The position numbers and the translations under genes are program-made. Source: Octopus sinensis (lineage: Eukaryota). Taken from it: a stretch of 64,000 nucleotides of DNA. The notes beneath the pieces are model-generated. The model did not search any database and was not told the DNA's origin. It saw nothing but the letters and a program-made list of their open reading frames with translations. The stretch's first letter is position 1; every line of letters starts with the position of its first letter. The stretch is from assembly GCF_006345805.1 (NCBI RefSeq), contig NC_043018.1:19344001-19408000 (forward strand), given 5' to 3'. This document shows positions 24,354 to 38,649 of this stretch, piece after piece.

Positions 24354-24740
24354 GGAAGTACTCCGTCGGTTACGACGATGAGGGTTCCGGTTGATCCGAA
24401 TCAACGGAACAGCCTGCTCGTGAAATTAACGTGTAAGTGGCTGAGCACTCCACAGACACGTGTACCCTTAACGTAGTTCTCGGGGATATTCAGCGTGACA
24501 CAGAGAGTGACAAGGCCGGCCCTTTGAAATACAGGTACAACAGAAACAGGAAGTAAGAGTGAGAGAAAGTTGTGGTGAAAGAGTACAGCAGGGATCACCA
24601 CCATCCCCTGCCGGAGCCTCGTGGAGCTTTTTAGGTGTTTTCGCTCAATAAACACTCACAACGCCCGGTCTGGGAATCGAAACCGCGATCCTATGATCGC
24701 GAGTCCGCTGCCCTAACCACTGGGCCATTGCGCCTCCACA
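24354..24740 (-). mobile_element. tRNA-derived SINE family C, intact and young-looking
   Basis: Minus-strand head TGTGGAGGCGCAATGGCCCAGTGGTTAGGG..GGTTTCGATTCCC (A and B boxes), CpG-rich. TSD TTTATACACAT at 24343-24353 and 24741-24751. Confidence 0.9.
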
Positions 24741-25007
24741 TTTATACACATACGTCTCGGAAGTCAAAAGACACCTTCGTGTTTTGAAAGATTCGTTTCT
24801 AGAAACGCAATAATGCCGTTTGGTGGTTCTACGTAATGGTCGGTTGAGTATTTCGCAGACAAGCGTTGTGCTGGGTTCTAAATGATTTAAATGTTTGACT
24901 GGTATGGGTATTGAGCTAATAATGGGTGGTGGTTACCACAGGTGCGGCAGCAGTATTATGGGATGGGGTGTCTTATTTATTTTTGAGACGTCTGTGCATG
25001 TGTGGGC

Positions 25008-25069
<62 letters not shown>

Positions 25070-25375
25070 AGAGAGAGAAAGAGAAAGAGAGAAAGGGAGA
25101 AGGAGGAGTAGGAGAGAAAAAGAAAAGGAAGAAGAAAGAGGAAATGGGAGGGAAAAGAGGGGAGGGAAGGAGAGGAAAAAATGATAGGGTAAGGAAGAAG
25201 AGAGAAGGTGGAGGAGAAGAAGAAGGAGGAGAAGAAGTAGAAAAAGAAGAAGAAGAAGAAGAAGAAGAAGAAGAAGAAGAAGAAGAAGAAGAAGAAGAAG
25301 AAGAAGAAGAAGAAGAAGAGAGAAGAAGAAGTGGAAGAAGTAAAGGAGAAAGAAGATTGGGAGAAGAATGAGAAG
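25008..25375. repeat. (TG)n followed by a polypurine (GA)/(GAA)n tract
   Basis: Directly visible; (GAA)n at ~25245-25318. Confidence 0.95.
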
Positions 25376-26174
25376 GGGTGGGAAAGAAAAAAAGAATTGT
25401 CTACGGCACAGGTGTGTTTTTGTAGACCCTGACAGGAGGAATTTTAGAGTAACCCTTGGCGGTATTTGAACTCAGAACACAGAAATAAACATTGCCATTA
25501 ATTGTATCCAATGTCCTAAAGAGTTCACCAATTCACTGCTTATAATAGCAGCCAAATTAACCTCTTCAAATCGCACTTACCAATCTTAAAGATAAACGGA
25601 CACACATAAGATAACACAGACATTGATAGGATGGTCAAATATGGAGTGTCTTAGATTACAAGTCTGCTGGATCAGCAAGGACCTGGGGTCTTTGGTCTTT
25701 CCGTATTGTCTTTGATCTTTGGTCTTTAAGTTTGAAACAGTGTTTCGCACTTAAATCTCGTTGACGTCAGCCTTACCTTTCACATCCGCAAGGCTTCAGG
25801 AAACCACGAACCAACATGTTAAGTGAAAGACAATTCAAACGGTGATAAATTTCCTCCTTTTCAAAAACTGAAGTTTGATCTCAAAGAAATCAAACAGAAT
25901 CAATAAAGATCGAGTGAACTATAACCCTAATATAATTTGTGACTTTATTCAAGAAAACTAGAAAGATTTTTGTGTGTCTTTAAGTCAGGGTTTTCAAAAG
26001 CAGAAAGATAAGCTACTCACTCGTGTGTTACTGGAATTGTGATTAATGTTGATAACCCGGTCTTGGTAACATCTTGACTAAAGAGAATGTATTCCCAATG
26101 GACAAAGATTTATAGATGTTCCATTCTTCTTAGGAAATAAAAAGGGAACTTTTATTCATTTTTGTTTCTTAGTA

Positions 26175-26440
26175 TTCTTGTGTTTCATTCAAGGACTCTT
26201 GTGTTTCATTCAAAGATTCTTGTTTCATTCAAGGACTCTTGTGTTTCATTCAAAGTTTCTTGTGTTTCATTCAAGGACTCTTGTATTTCATTCAAAGATA
26301 CTTCTGTTTCATTCAAGGATTCTTGTTTCATTCAAGGATTCTTGTGTTTCATTCAAGGACTCTTGTTTCATTCAAGGATTCTTGTTTCATTCAAAGATTC
26401 TTGTGTTTCATTCAAGGACTCTTGTGTTTCCTTCAAGGAT
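26175..26440 (+). repeat. ~20-22-bp minisatellite (TCTTGTGTTTCATTCAAGGAY), about 12-13 copies
   Basis: Directly visible. Confidence 0.9.
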
Positions 26441-26542
26441 AATTACAAATCTCAAAATGTTTCCTCTGAAATTTCGATTTTTAAAAACATTTTTTACATT
26501 TTAGCCCGCCATAATTTCTTATATTTTCCCCATGAAGTGTAG

Positions 26543-26763
26543 CAGTGAGATTCCCAACGTGGGGCATACGCCCCACCAGTGAGACCTGCGAAAATTGTGG
26601 CAGGGTATGGAATCCAAGTGTTTTTTTTTTCACATGGAGTTGTGAAAATCTTTTTTCAGACCAAATATACTACACTTATACTTTTTTTCCAACAACCAGT
26701 GGGGCATATATTTCTTTGGAAAATTATAGAGGTGCCTGGGGGAAAATTGGCTGAGAAACATTG
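26543..26763. mobile_element. Possible hAT-type MITE
   Basis: Ends CAGTGAGATTCCCAAC.. and ..GCTGAGAAACATTG resemble hAT/Charlie TIRs. The 8-bp flanks match only partly. Confidence 0.4.
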
Positions 26764-28667
26764 ACGCCTAGGATATCTCTTTCGAAATTCTGTCTTCTAT
26801 TGCCAGATGCCCTTCCCTTCCTAGTTCCTAAATGTAATTTATTTTGTATTTAGGTGATTTAGTAACACGATTTTATCTTACTATGTCACCAGTGAAAGTA
26901 CTTCAGTCAGTGTCTAACAGATTTAATCTGTTTATTAACTGGTAAATTTTCCCCCCCCTCCGAACCAGTGATATTTACATTGAATACAAACAGGATAAAT
27001 TTAGTCAAACATGATGAAAAATATTGATTTGAGGAATTAAAAGATATTCATCAGTCATTGAGAAGTCACCCTCCCCGACAAAGTTAAAGGTTCTAATTAA
27101 ATGTTGCATTATTTTCGTGAAATTATATTCTATATTGGAAAACAGAAAAATTAATGCAGCAGCACTAATTTAGCTACACTACCATCTGGCCTCTTTGGTT
27201 CCAGATACGTACCAGATTATCCATTTTGCCACTTTCAGAGTATGTTTTTATTGCTCTTTTAACGTCACTGTTTTGTAGTGAGAAGACAATGTTTTAAACC
27301 ATGGCATTCATAATTCCCATCTTTGGACTACGATTGCCATAAAAGGCATTAAGCTCATGTGATTGCCATAAAAGGCATTAAGCTCATGTGATTGCCAATC
27401 AGCCAATCAGTTGCATTAGTGAGCTGAAATTTTCCTGTCAATTAGTCTATAGAAGGTTCTAGAACTTTTTAGCTGACAGTAATAAAAAGGCGAACGAATT
27501 CAAGTTTAAGTAGAGCTATCTCAGGGTTACATTATACGGTTCATAGTTTTTTTTCCTAAATGATAGTCTCTCACCTTTCTCTTCTGTTTTCCTTGCTTAA
27601 CTTAATTGGCCATTATTAATTACAAACTGTCTTCGTATTACAGTTCAGCATATATTTGCATTAACCAAGTGCTCTTTTATTGTTAATTCCCAAATGCTGT
27701 TATTAAATCAACAGTTATAAAAATGTATATATTATGTTCCTCATTAAATAAACACAATGAAAAATTATTTTCAATTTAGTCTGATTCTGTGAATTAAACA
27801 GGCTGCTCACATAATGTTGTTTATCGTTCATTATTCATTAACTCCATTACAACCACACTAAAATGTTAAAAGCTGTTGTATACCCCACTAACCATAATTT
27901 AAGGCACTGAAATAAAGGAATGCTTTCAATTTAACAAGTAACTTTCAATTTTCCGTAAGCTTTTTGAGTTCTCGATATCTGCCAAATATTTTTTATCAAA
28001 CTATCATGAAGGAGCAAATACTGTGAAGTGGATTCTCAACGCAACGGAAAAGCTTTGCTGTTCGTTTTAATGTTACCTGTTTCCAGTTTTATGAAAAATG
28101 CAACGTTAAAAATAATTCGAAAATAGCTGAAATTATGTCTTTGGAAATGAATCTTCCTAAGTTTCGAGGATGAGAATTCAGTTGTGCAATCAGCTGTATT
28201 ACCTGCCCCCGAATTAGCGTGTAAGTAGCTTAATATTCCTCAGACAAGTGTACTTTCTCGTAACGCAATTCTCGGACAGAATCAACGTGAAACAGAGTGT
28301 GATGCGCCAAAACCGGACCTTTAAAATACTTGTACGATTCATCCAACGGATTGAGAGTCGCCTTAGCAGGATCCCTAGGCTAATCAATGTACTGGACCCT
28401 AAAGTCCACAACATACACGAGTCAGAACTGTGCTCCCAGACTGCCTACTGTGTCACCTTAAGATGGCCCTGAACGGGCTTCCAAACATTTTCTGTCTGTC
28501 CAGTTCCATTCACAAGACTTGGGACAATCCAATGTTATCGTAAGCAACACTTTGCTCGACGTAACTTGCGGCTGGATTGAACCTTGGAACTCGTAATTGC
28601 AAATCGAGTTTCTAAATTAACTGACAATGCTGCGACCTCTATATCACTTTTCGTTTTATTCTGTTAC

Positions 28668-29092
28668 TTGTTTCAGTCATTGGACTGCGGCCATGCTGGA
28701 GTAATGCGTTGATGGGTTTATTCGAACGAACTGACCCCAGTAATTAATCTTCTTATGTTTGGTACTTACTCTATCAGTTCTTTTTGTCGAACTGCTAACC
28801 TATGAGGACGTAAACAAAGCAACACCGATGACCAAGTCATGTAAACACAAACGCACAGACACTTACAAACATACATGCATGCATACATACATACATACAT
28901 ACATACATACATGCATACATACATACATACAGATATATGATAGGCTTCCACACAGTTTCCGTTCACCAAATACACTCACAAGAGAATGGTTAGTCAGGGC
29001 TATAGTAGAAAACACTTCCCCAATGCGCCGTGCGGTGGAACCGAACCCGAAGTGACATAGCTGCAAAGCAAACTTCGACCACACACCATGCA
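28668..29092 (-). mobile_element. SINE family A (diverged)
   Basis: TTGTTTCAGTCATTGGACTGCGGCCATGCTGGAG tail, internal (CATA)n, CAGTTTCCGT..CCAAAT, head ..ACCACACACCATGC. Confidence 0.7.
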
Positions 29093-29753
29093 TGCATCTA
29101 AGAATCTAGAAAAACACGAACGTTTACTGGAAAGGTAATTGGAGAAGTTTTCTGTGAAGTTCCAACATCACTGAGACAGAATGCTTTTCAAGTTCTTTAC
29201 GTCTTAACTACAATATTTTCCAGGCATAAAACTTACTTTAGATCTCTAAACCAGAGTTGTAGTGTTTGTTTTTGATGTCTCTGTGAATGGTGTGATCTTC
29301 TATAAAGGTTTATTGTATATTAAACTCTGTTCTTTGTAATTATAGTTTCGGTTATATGGTAGTTCTTCAGCGTGTTTGACACCGCGCAAGGAACGAGCCG
29401 ATGAAGGAAGCTCAACGTGGTTGCTCGATCCCGTAGAAATAGCGGCCGTATCTCCCTCAATTTAGGCTGTAGCCTCATAAAAATTGACGACAATTTTGGA
29501 TAATGCAATCTACTGCTAGAGGAAAAAGGACCGGTTAAGCACGGTGAAAATACATTGATCGTGGCGCTGTTCGATCAAGGCTGTACCATGTTTAACTAAG
29601 AAAAAGTGCGAGAGAAAGAAGAGAAAGAGAAAAACAGATCTTGTCGAGCAAACGTTTGGCGCAGAAGTTGTCTCTCGAACAATTAGGCGCGAACTACGGA
29701 TCTAGTGATCCAGATATGCAGTGTCTGTCTATCTATCTGTGCAATAGTCCGTA

Positions 29754-29787
<34 letters not shown>

Positions 29788-31695
29788 TGCGCGTGTATGC
29801 ATGCGTATTTGTATGCACGTGTACGAGTAAATTGTTGAACGTTTGGGTCTACGAACGAAAAAAGGACTTACTACATTAAGCTGAAGCTATTGGAATCTTT
29901 ATTCAAAGTTCTGGGTTACCGATTATTCAACTGATTGAAGAAGGATGCAGCGTGACAATACAGAAGCAAAAATATTTACAGACGCACCGAAAACTTGTCA
30001 TCGAGATTTAATCGGTTATTAACGAAGCCGGTAGAAAATGTCTCTCATATTTATCTATTCGGTTATTATATGTAGAACACGTGATATATTTAACTATTCA
30101 CATACATAATTAAATGATGTATCAACGTCCCTAATAACGTGTTAAATATAATCAAAAGCAAGAAAGAAGGCTATTAAAAATAGTAGTTTAAATGGATTAG
30201 TGTTGATGAAAACTGAAAGCGTTTTAATGTGGCCATCTTTCAGGATATCGGCAATATATTAAGAAGGAAATAAGCTTTTTTTAACCAATCAGAAATTCTT
30301 TAACTTACATTTATGAAAATATCTTCATAGCTTGTTCAAAAATGTAAAATACTGTAATATAATGTTATGCTTCTCTGAGATACATAGATAACACTTCCTC
30401 GAATCATTTATGTAAGGAGACGTATTCTAGTTTAGACCGATGAATTTATAATTATCGATCCGTAGTTGATTAGGAAACACATATCTAGCTCATCCCTTGG
30501 CGAAGAATCCCTTACTCGTAGTGCTCATCAGTGCTTGAGTTTCTAAGTGAGAATATATATTTAAAAAATGCGAAAATAGCATACGAAATATTGTGTTATA
30601 ATCCTTCATATAGTTTAAATGTTCGTGCTAATGTAGGTAGAATTTTTTCTAAGCATAAGTATTTTCTTGTAGATCTTAAATATCACAAGATCTTTTTTTA
30701 AAAAGCATTAAACTGTGATACAATTGCCCTCAACAATTCCACTGCTGCTATAGTCAGTGTCTGTTTGTGTGCGCGTCCAACACTTGAATAAATGTACATG
30801 TGTCATTTTATAACATGCATTTGGAAAGGTTCGAGCAATCAAATCTCAATGATTAATTTAATTTTGAAGTGTCTTTGTATATATGTTGTCAGGCTATCTC
30901 CCTTCTGCACGTGTTTGTATGATTGGCAACAGAATAGCGATTGAAGAAGCTTTAGTTCATTTTACATTTGCGTGTGTATGTAAAGGCACGTGACTTCATG
31001 CTTAGGATGATGGACTCATGTTCCTAGAACATGCTTCACAAGGGGACATTAAACAAGACACTGTATTTCATGTTATTTCAATCTACTAATAACCATTAGG
31101 CTACATGTTTTTAGATAACACGAATACATAATGCCGAGAGCATTAACAACTTAGGAGCCAAATGTTATGCAGTTTAATCATTTCAGTAAACATGGATAAA
31201 AACTCTGCGCATGTTTCGTTTTTATTATGACCTTATTAGTAAAGCAAACACTTCAACTTCTGCATAATTACCAAAGTAGTTTTGGAAGAATCGCTAAATA
31301 AATATACAAGAATATATATTGGTAGGCTTTAAAAAAAAGTATGTGGACGTTTGTGTTATAAAAAAATAAATTAAAAACTATAAATAGAGTCATTTCATTT
31401 TTGAAATAATGTTTTTAATTCAGTCGGGAATCCGACAGAGAAATCATATAATTTTTAATTCTACGTTTGTAAAGATTACACGACTGAAAGGTTAAACTAA
31501 AGCTGTCTAAAATATCTCCATAAATCAACATAAAATAAACAAGCTTTATTAAATATTTATCTTTTAGCAGTGCTTGTTGAGTAGGTTGATTATCAATGGA
31601 GTCACGCACACATGCACACATGCACAAATACACTTTCACTCTACCTCTCACTCACTCCGTCTCTCTCTCTTTCTTTCTGCCTGTCTGTCTGCCTC

Positions 31696-31726
<31 letters not shown>

Positions 31727-31989
31727 CACTCTCTCTCTTTCAGTATTTGTTCATTTTCGATCTTTCCCCCCTCTTCTATCCATTTATTGGCTTTAGGTGC
31801 TTTAGACTGTTATCATACTGGGGGGTCGCCTTCAAGGGTTTGTATTCAATCATATATCACCCCCACCCACCCACCCCACCCCACCCCAGTAACGTCTAAC
31901 AAAATTTATCGATCTCTTAAAGGATGAAACAAAAATCGATAACGGCAAAAAAAGGAAAATGTCTTGCACACAAATACACTTACATAAAG

Positions 31990-32383
31990 AAATATACATA
32001 CATACATACATACGTATACGTACATGCATGCATATATGCATACATATATGCACACGCATACATACATACATACATACATGCATACACACACATACATGCA
32101 TGCATGCATACATACAAGCATACATGTACACATACATATATACACACATGCATACATACATGCATACATACACACACATATATAAATACACACATACATA
32201 TATATACACGTACATACATATATACATAAATACATGCGTACATACATGTATACATACACACATACATACATGCATATATACACACACATACATACACACA
32301 TACATACATGCATCCATATATACACACATACATATATGCACATATACATACACACTTACATACATATACACATACATACATGC

Positions 32384-32430
<47 letters not shown>

Positions 32431-32480
32431 CATGCATACATACATACATACATAAATACATACATACATACATACATACA
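31990..32480. repeat. (CATA)n/(CA)n/(TA)n microsatellite block
   Basis: Directly visible. Confidence 0.95.
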
Positions 32481-32814
32481 AGCAGATAAGTAGAATGATA
32501 TGTGGATTCAGAGAATTGTGTTGTGAATACTTATTAATGCAAACATGGAAACATAATTTCTTCCATGATGAAATTGAATTATGCACGAAGAATGTTGCGA
32601 AACGGCTGTAATCCTATGTAAGTCACAGGGCTAAATAAATATTTATTCACCACTCGTACCTCCTGACTTTATGATTTTATACATGCACCCCACCTCCAAC
32701 ACACATATACACACATATACATACATACACATGTGCACACACATATACACATGCACACAACCACACATATACACACACACACAACCACACATATATATTA
32801 TATATGAGGCTACA

Positions 32815-32985
32815 TCCGCTGGTGAATAAGTGCCACCTAAAAAGAATTTGTGCTGGGGCCATGTAGGAGCACTTGTGCTAGTGGCACAATAAAAGCACCC
32901 AGCATAGACAGTAAATTGGTTGGCATTTGGAAGGGAATCCAGCTGTAGAAATCAAGCCAAATCAGATTGGAATGTGATGCAACTC
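32815..32985 (+). mobile_element. RTE 3'-end element (diverged)
   Basis: GGTTGGCATTTGGAAGGGAATCCAGCTGTAGAAA matches the RTE 3' UTR. Confidence 0.55.
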
Positions 32986-33276
32986 TCCAAGATTGACCTC
33001 GACGGGATTTGAACTCAGAATTCAAAGCTGGAACTAATGTCTTCAAGCATTTTGTGTCTTGTAGTTGTTTTGATTGAAGATTCAGTAGTTTTTTTTTCTT
33101 CTCTGATAGAATTTAAGTCTCACCAGTTTTCATAGCTTTTTCTCTCCGCTGACAATAATCAGCGAAGTATTAGATAAGCTGGAAAGAACCGATAGCAGGG
33201 TACCATAGGCTGTAGGTATCATACCAAGCCGGCAATGCATGCAAGACACCAGGAGGTCCTACAAAACCTGAGTTAA

Positions 33277-33496
33277 CCCTTTAGTGTTTGCATTATTCTG
33301 CCAAAATTAATCCTTTTTTATTCAAATTGTTTTGAACTAATCATGCATTATCTTGTAGCTTTGAGATTTTGATGAGGTAGCTGTTAATTTTTAAAGCGAT
33401 ATTGTAGGGTTGGTGTGAGAGACCAGATCTGGCCAGTTTGAACATAAAACAGTAGAATACTTCTGGCCGGATATGGCCGGTTTAAATGCTAAAGGG
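33277..33496. mobile_element. piggyBac-type MITE (220 bp)
   Basis: TTAA|CCCTTTAG..CTAAAGGG|TTAA, with TTAA at 33273-33276 and 33497-33500. Confidence 0.8.
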
Positions 33497-33959
33497 TTAA
33501 ACAGAAATAAGAACAATAATAGTAATAACAATAGCAACAACAATAATAATAATAATTACTCTGACATCTCCTAAATGAAAATTTCTTTACAAAAAAGAAA
33601 AAGAAAAGGCAAAGAAAAGGAAAAGAAACAAAGATTTGTTTAATCTCAGAAAAATTTGTTTTTGAAGCAGAAAAACGAAAACAAGGAAAATTTTTGCAAA
33701 AGGAGAAATTTGTCTTAATCTGAAGTATTGTTGTAAATTATTGAGTTTCTGATAATGGAAGGAATTAAGGGCACTACACTTGTCCAAGTTGTATGCCGCT
33801 CTTAAATTGCTGTCATCTTTAATGTCAGCCAACAAACGAACATTATTATTTATTGGTTATTGTTGTCATAGCAACTAATTCTACTTTATATTTATTTCAC
33901 TCCACACATAGACGACCATGCGTGGATGTTTGTGAGCATACGGTTGTAAACATACAACC

Positions 33960-33982
33960 ATACATACACAGATACACACATA

Positions 33983-34046
<64 letters not shown>

Positions 34047-34353
34047 CACACATGCAAGTATACACACATGAACACATATATATAAATATAGAAGTATATA
34101 TGTATATAAATATATCTATATACCTATCTGTCAATTGATCAATATATAAATGCATATACATACATACATACATACATATATATATATATATGTACACACA
34201 CACATATGTATAAATGCTTATATATATATATGTATATATATGTATATATATGTATATATATATATGTATATATATGCACATATATAAATGTATATATATA
34301 TACATATGTATATTTGTATGTATGTATGTATGTATGTATATATATATTTATAA

Positions 34354-34384
<31 letters not shown>

Positions 34385-34534
34385 CATATATATATACATA
34401 CATACATACATACATACATATATGTATATACATACATATATATAGATATATAAAAATACAGATCTATGTGCATATATGTATATATATATATATATATGAA
34501 CAAACACACACACAGACATCTATATATATTTGTG

Positions 34535-34560
<26 letters not shown>
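33960..34560. repeat. (TA)n/(CA)n microsatellite block
   Basis: Directly visible. Confidence 0.95.
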
Positions 34561-34569
<9 letters not shown>

Positions 34570-34859
34570 ATACACATCCACATACAAACTCCCTTGGTAC
34601 ACTCACATTTACATACTCACCTGCACATGAAGCGAGATAGACTTTCGCACACCTGCATACGCACACACAAATAAACACAAATAACACACACACAACACAC
34701 GCACAGTTTCTTTCTCTTGAGATTTTAATCAGTGAAAATATTTGCAAACGCAAGAATGATATTCTGGTTATTGTCCTCATCATCATCATCATTGACCACA
34801 TTATAAATATTCATGTAATTAACAATGCTGTCATTATCATTGCTCTTCTCCTCTCCCTT

Positions 34860-34993
34860 ATCATTATTGTCATCTTCATCTTCATCATCATCATCATCAT
34901 CACCATCATCATCGTCATCATCATCATCATCGTCATATTCATTCACCTAATTATCTTTATCATTACCGCTGTCAGGTATTGTCATCTATTGTC

Positions 34994-35027
<34 letters not shown>

Positions 35028-35335
35028 CCACTACCACCATTGCCACGCCACCACCACTACCACCACCACTACTACCACCACTACCACCATCATCCTCACC
35101 ACTACCGCCACCACCACCATCATCATCCTTATAATTATCATCATCATTATCACCTCCATCATCATCCCCACTACCACCATTACCATGCCACTACCATCAC
35201 CACTACTACCACCACCACCACCACCGCCGCCACCATCCTCACCACCACCACCACCACCACCACTATCATCATCATTATAATCATCATCATCACCTCCATC
35301 ATCATCACCACTACCAACATTACCATGCCACCACC

Positions 35336-35369
<34 letters not shown>

Positions 35370-35542
35370 CAATTGTAGTCACTTGTGTAACTGTAACTCT
35401 GAATCTATCCTGTTGTGAGCTGCCCCTGGGTAAAGAGTTTATCAGACGAATAACTCTGTGCAGTCCACAGATGCTTATCTCTGGGTACCCCTATACCTCG
35501 CTGTAAATGAGCACAGTCTGATCGCACCACCACCACCCCACC

Positions 35543-35573
<31 letters not shown>

Positions 35574-35811
35574 CATCATCATCATCATCATCGTCATCAT
35601 CATCATCATCATCACAATTGTAGTCACTTGTGTAACTGTAACTCTGAATCTATCCTGTTGTGAGCTGCCCCTGGGTAAAGAGTTTATCAGACGAATAACT
35701 CTGTGCAGTCCACAGATGCTTATCTCTGGGTACCCCTATACCTCGCTGTAAATGAGCACAGTCTGATCGCACCACCACCACCACCACCACCACCACCACC
35801 ACCACCAACAC

Positions 35812-35844
<33 letters not shown>

Positions 35845-36000
35845 ATTCATTCTCCTCACCGTCATCGCCACCAGCAACCATCATTATCCTCTTCCTCCTC
35901 ATCCTCCTTCGCTGTCTCCTACTCTTCGTCCTCCCATCTCCTCGTCCTTCTCCCCTCCCCCCACGCCATCATCATCGTCATGATCATCATCATCAGCAGC
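34860..36000. repeat. (CAT)/(CAC) trinucleotide region containing an exact 156-bp duplication of unique sequence
   Basis: 35370-35525 is identical by eye to 35615-35770. Confidence 0.9.
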
Positions 36001-36339
36001 AACATTTCATGTCTGCTTACCATGCTGGTATGTGTTGCACAGGTTATCACAGTCTGAGGGATTTCTTATTGGGTGATGGGGAAACTGTTCCTAATAAGAG
36101 AAGGACCAACTGCTTTGTCATGTGGCTTTTAATCCTATTGCCAGATGCCCTTCCCTTCCTAGTTCCTATTGCCTTTGGACCCTTCTAGTGAATTGCATCT
36201 GATTCATGGCCACAGTCAAGCCATATTACAATCCCTTTACAATGCATTCTGTTTCTCAACATATATTGTTGCTGTTGTAGTGGTGATAAATCATAATTAT
36301 TATTGAGTAGAGCTATAATCAAAAGGTATCCCTGATCTG

Positions 36340-36750
36340 ACCACATCTTTGCTCTGGTGGCATGGGGATATCTCTGGTCATCATCCACCAGTTCCCTTCC
36401 ATGTGTCCAGGGGTTGGCTTGCATACAACCAGGCTGGTTGTATGCGTACAATAACGCCAGGCTTTTCTTTCCAACACATTCATTGAAGGTATCAGCTTAC
36501 AAACATCTTTGGCAGCCTCTTGCTCTCTGCCCCTCCACAATTCCTGTCAGGATGGTCCTGAACAAGGATTCACGGCACATTATATATCCAAAATATGATA
36601 GCATTATAGTCTTGATTCCAAGCAACAGGTGTCTTTACAACCTTTAGCTTTTCTAGCACTTGACTCTTTGTTACCCCAATCCACAAAAGACCCACATCTC
36701 AGAAGCATCAATTTCCTTTTCCAGTGCTGTGTACATTGTCCAAGTTTCTG
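36340..36750 (-). mobile_element. Old RTE (BovB-like) LINE C-terminal fragment
   Basis: Minus strand reads ETWTMYTALEKEIDASEMW..VLEKL..IKTIMLSYFGYIMCRESLFRTILTGIVEGQRARG, with stops and frameshifts. Confidence 0.7.
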
Positions 36751-37606
36751 TCTAAGATAACATTTTCAGATGTGTCATTACCGTATTTAAGATGGTAAGC
36801 TATGATTTGAAAGAGCTTTGGTTGCTGTTCCTAGCAGGTTCAGTAATTACATAAAGGGACCTTTGTAGAGGGTCTCCGTATATACGGAACCAATGAGTTT
36901 GATCAGTTTGTGTGCAACGCAGCAGTTGCTGCACCTCTACAGTTACTGCTGATGTATATCCAAGCTTACTACTTTGGATTGAAGACATTATTGAGACTGT
37001 TGTTACATATATGCATGCGTGTATGCATATTTATACACACACACACATGCACAAAACAACACTAAAAATATGCAGTAAATAGACTCCATTGAATGCCAGG
37101 CGGGGGATACCCAGAAGTAGTTGCTGGGGATGTTCTGAGAGTGTATCAGTGAGAATAAGAATAGGCCTCAGAGTGAAAGGCAGAGTGTATGAGTGCAGTT
37201 GTGGACATGTTTCTACCTTAATAAGCATCATCAGCACTAGAGAAATAAGTAAGTTTAAATGGCTCAACAAAATTCATTCACAAAGGTTTTTTTTTGACCC
37301 AAAGGTATACAGAAGAAGTTGTTTGAGATGTTGCTTACAAGAATTGAACTGGAAATAACTCAGTTACAAAGTGAATTCCTTAGCTACGCAACCATTCCAG
37401 CACCCATGGACAGAGATTCTCAGTCGCTGACACATTTTTCTGCAAAATATGGATAGTTTATCCTGTTCATGCTATATTACTGGCTTTATCCTGCATTCGA
37501 GAAAAAATTATTTCTGTATCTTTCAATACATCTCAACTCTTCTAAAGCAAATTTTTTGTTTACTTTCATTGTAATTTGAAATTAACCTACGATAGTGGCG
37601 AGAATA

Positions 37607-37966
37607 AAATCAAAATCGATCAACATCAATGGAAATTGTAGCTGTGATACCAGTGCTGGTGGCACATAAGAGAACCATCCGAACGTGGCCATTGCCAGCG
37701 CCGCCCTGACTGGCTTCCGTGCCGGTGGCACGTAAAAAGCACCATCCAATCGTGGCCGTTGCCAGCCTCGCCTGGCCTCCGTGCTGGTGGCATGTAAAAA
37801 GCACCCACTACACTCATGGAGTGGTTGGCATTGGGAAGGGCATCCAGTCATAGAAACATTGACTGGGCCTGGTGCAGCCTTCTGGCTTCCCAGACCCCAG
37901 TTGCACCGTCCAACTCATGCCAGCATGGAAGGCGGACGCTAAACGATGATGATGATAATGATGATG
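37607..37966 (+). mobile_element. RTE 3' UTR element with (GAT)n tail
   Basis: AAATCAAAATCGATCAACATCAATGGAA..CCCACTACACTC..GGAAGGGCATCCAG..AAACGATGATGATG. Confidence 0.85.
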
Positions 37967-38649
37967 AATAGTGTCTTATAAAGCTAGATTTATATAGCCT
38001 AAGTTTGCAGAAGTGTTTTTTGTTGGGTCAGTTTAGCTTAAAGGTAAAGCACTGTGACACATAATCACAGAGTTGTGAGTTTGGGTCTCATGGCTAGTTG
38101 CCGACACATTTTTCAGCAAAATATGAGTAGTTTATCCTGTTCATGATATATTATTAGCATTATCCTGTGTTTGAGAATAAAATTATTTCTTTATCTTTAT
38201 ATAACTTGGCTTTAAAGATTTCTTCAAATCCTTACTTTTGCAGACCTGTTCTCTTCTTATTACGAAACTTCATCTGAACAGACAACATAAACAAACAAGA
38301 CAAACCAAAACAGATGAATAAGATTTAAATAATAAAATAAACAAGAAAATAAATAATGGAATGAAAAAAATCTGCTGTAAAATGAAGTTATTTTAAAGAT
38401 CATTTAATAGTTTAAAAGAAGCCGTTGAAGTGAATGGCGCTCAGAAGATGGTTCCAATTCTTTGGAAGCATAAAAATTTGATTTGATTTTCAAGCAATTT
38501 GGAATATTAAGGAAATGAAGGCGACATCTTTATTAATTGATATTTCTTTCATGAAACCAAACAAATGTTTTCTGGAAAGTTGCGGAGTTTGCAATTTGTA
38601 TTCAATTGACTCCTCTCTAATTGAATTAATAGTCATGCCCTACTCTACA

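Noticed and set aside
24660-24740. tRNA gene
   Set aside because: The A and B boxes belong to a SINE head: no closing acceptor stem, a SINE body follows, and it is flanked by a TSD. The same applies to the family A and B heads.
27332-27398. 29-bp tandem duplication GATTGCCATAAAAGGCATTAAGCTCATGT
   Set aside because: Ordinary slippage duplication with no further structure.
36770-36794. 25-nt + strand microexon (TTTTCAG|..ATG|GTAAGC)
   Set aside because: Not frame-preserving and no partner exons found; such motif pairs are expected by chance in 64 kb.
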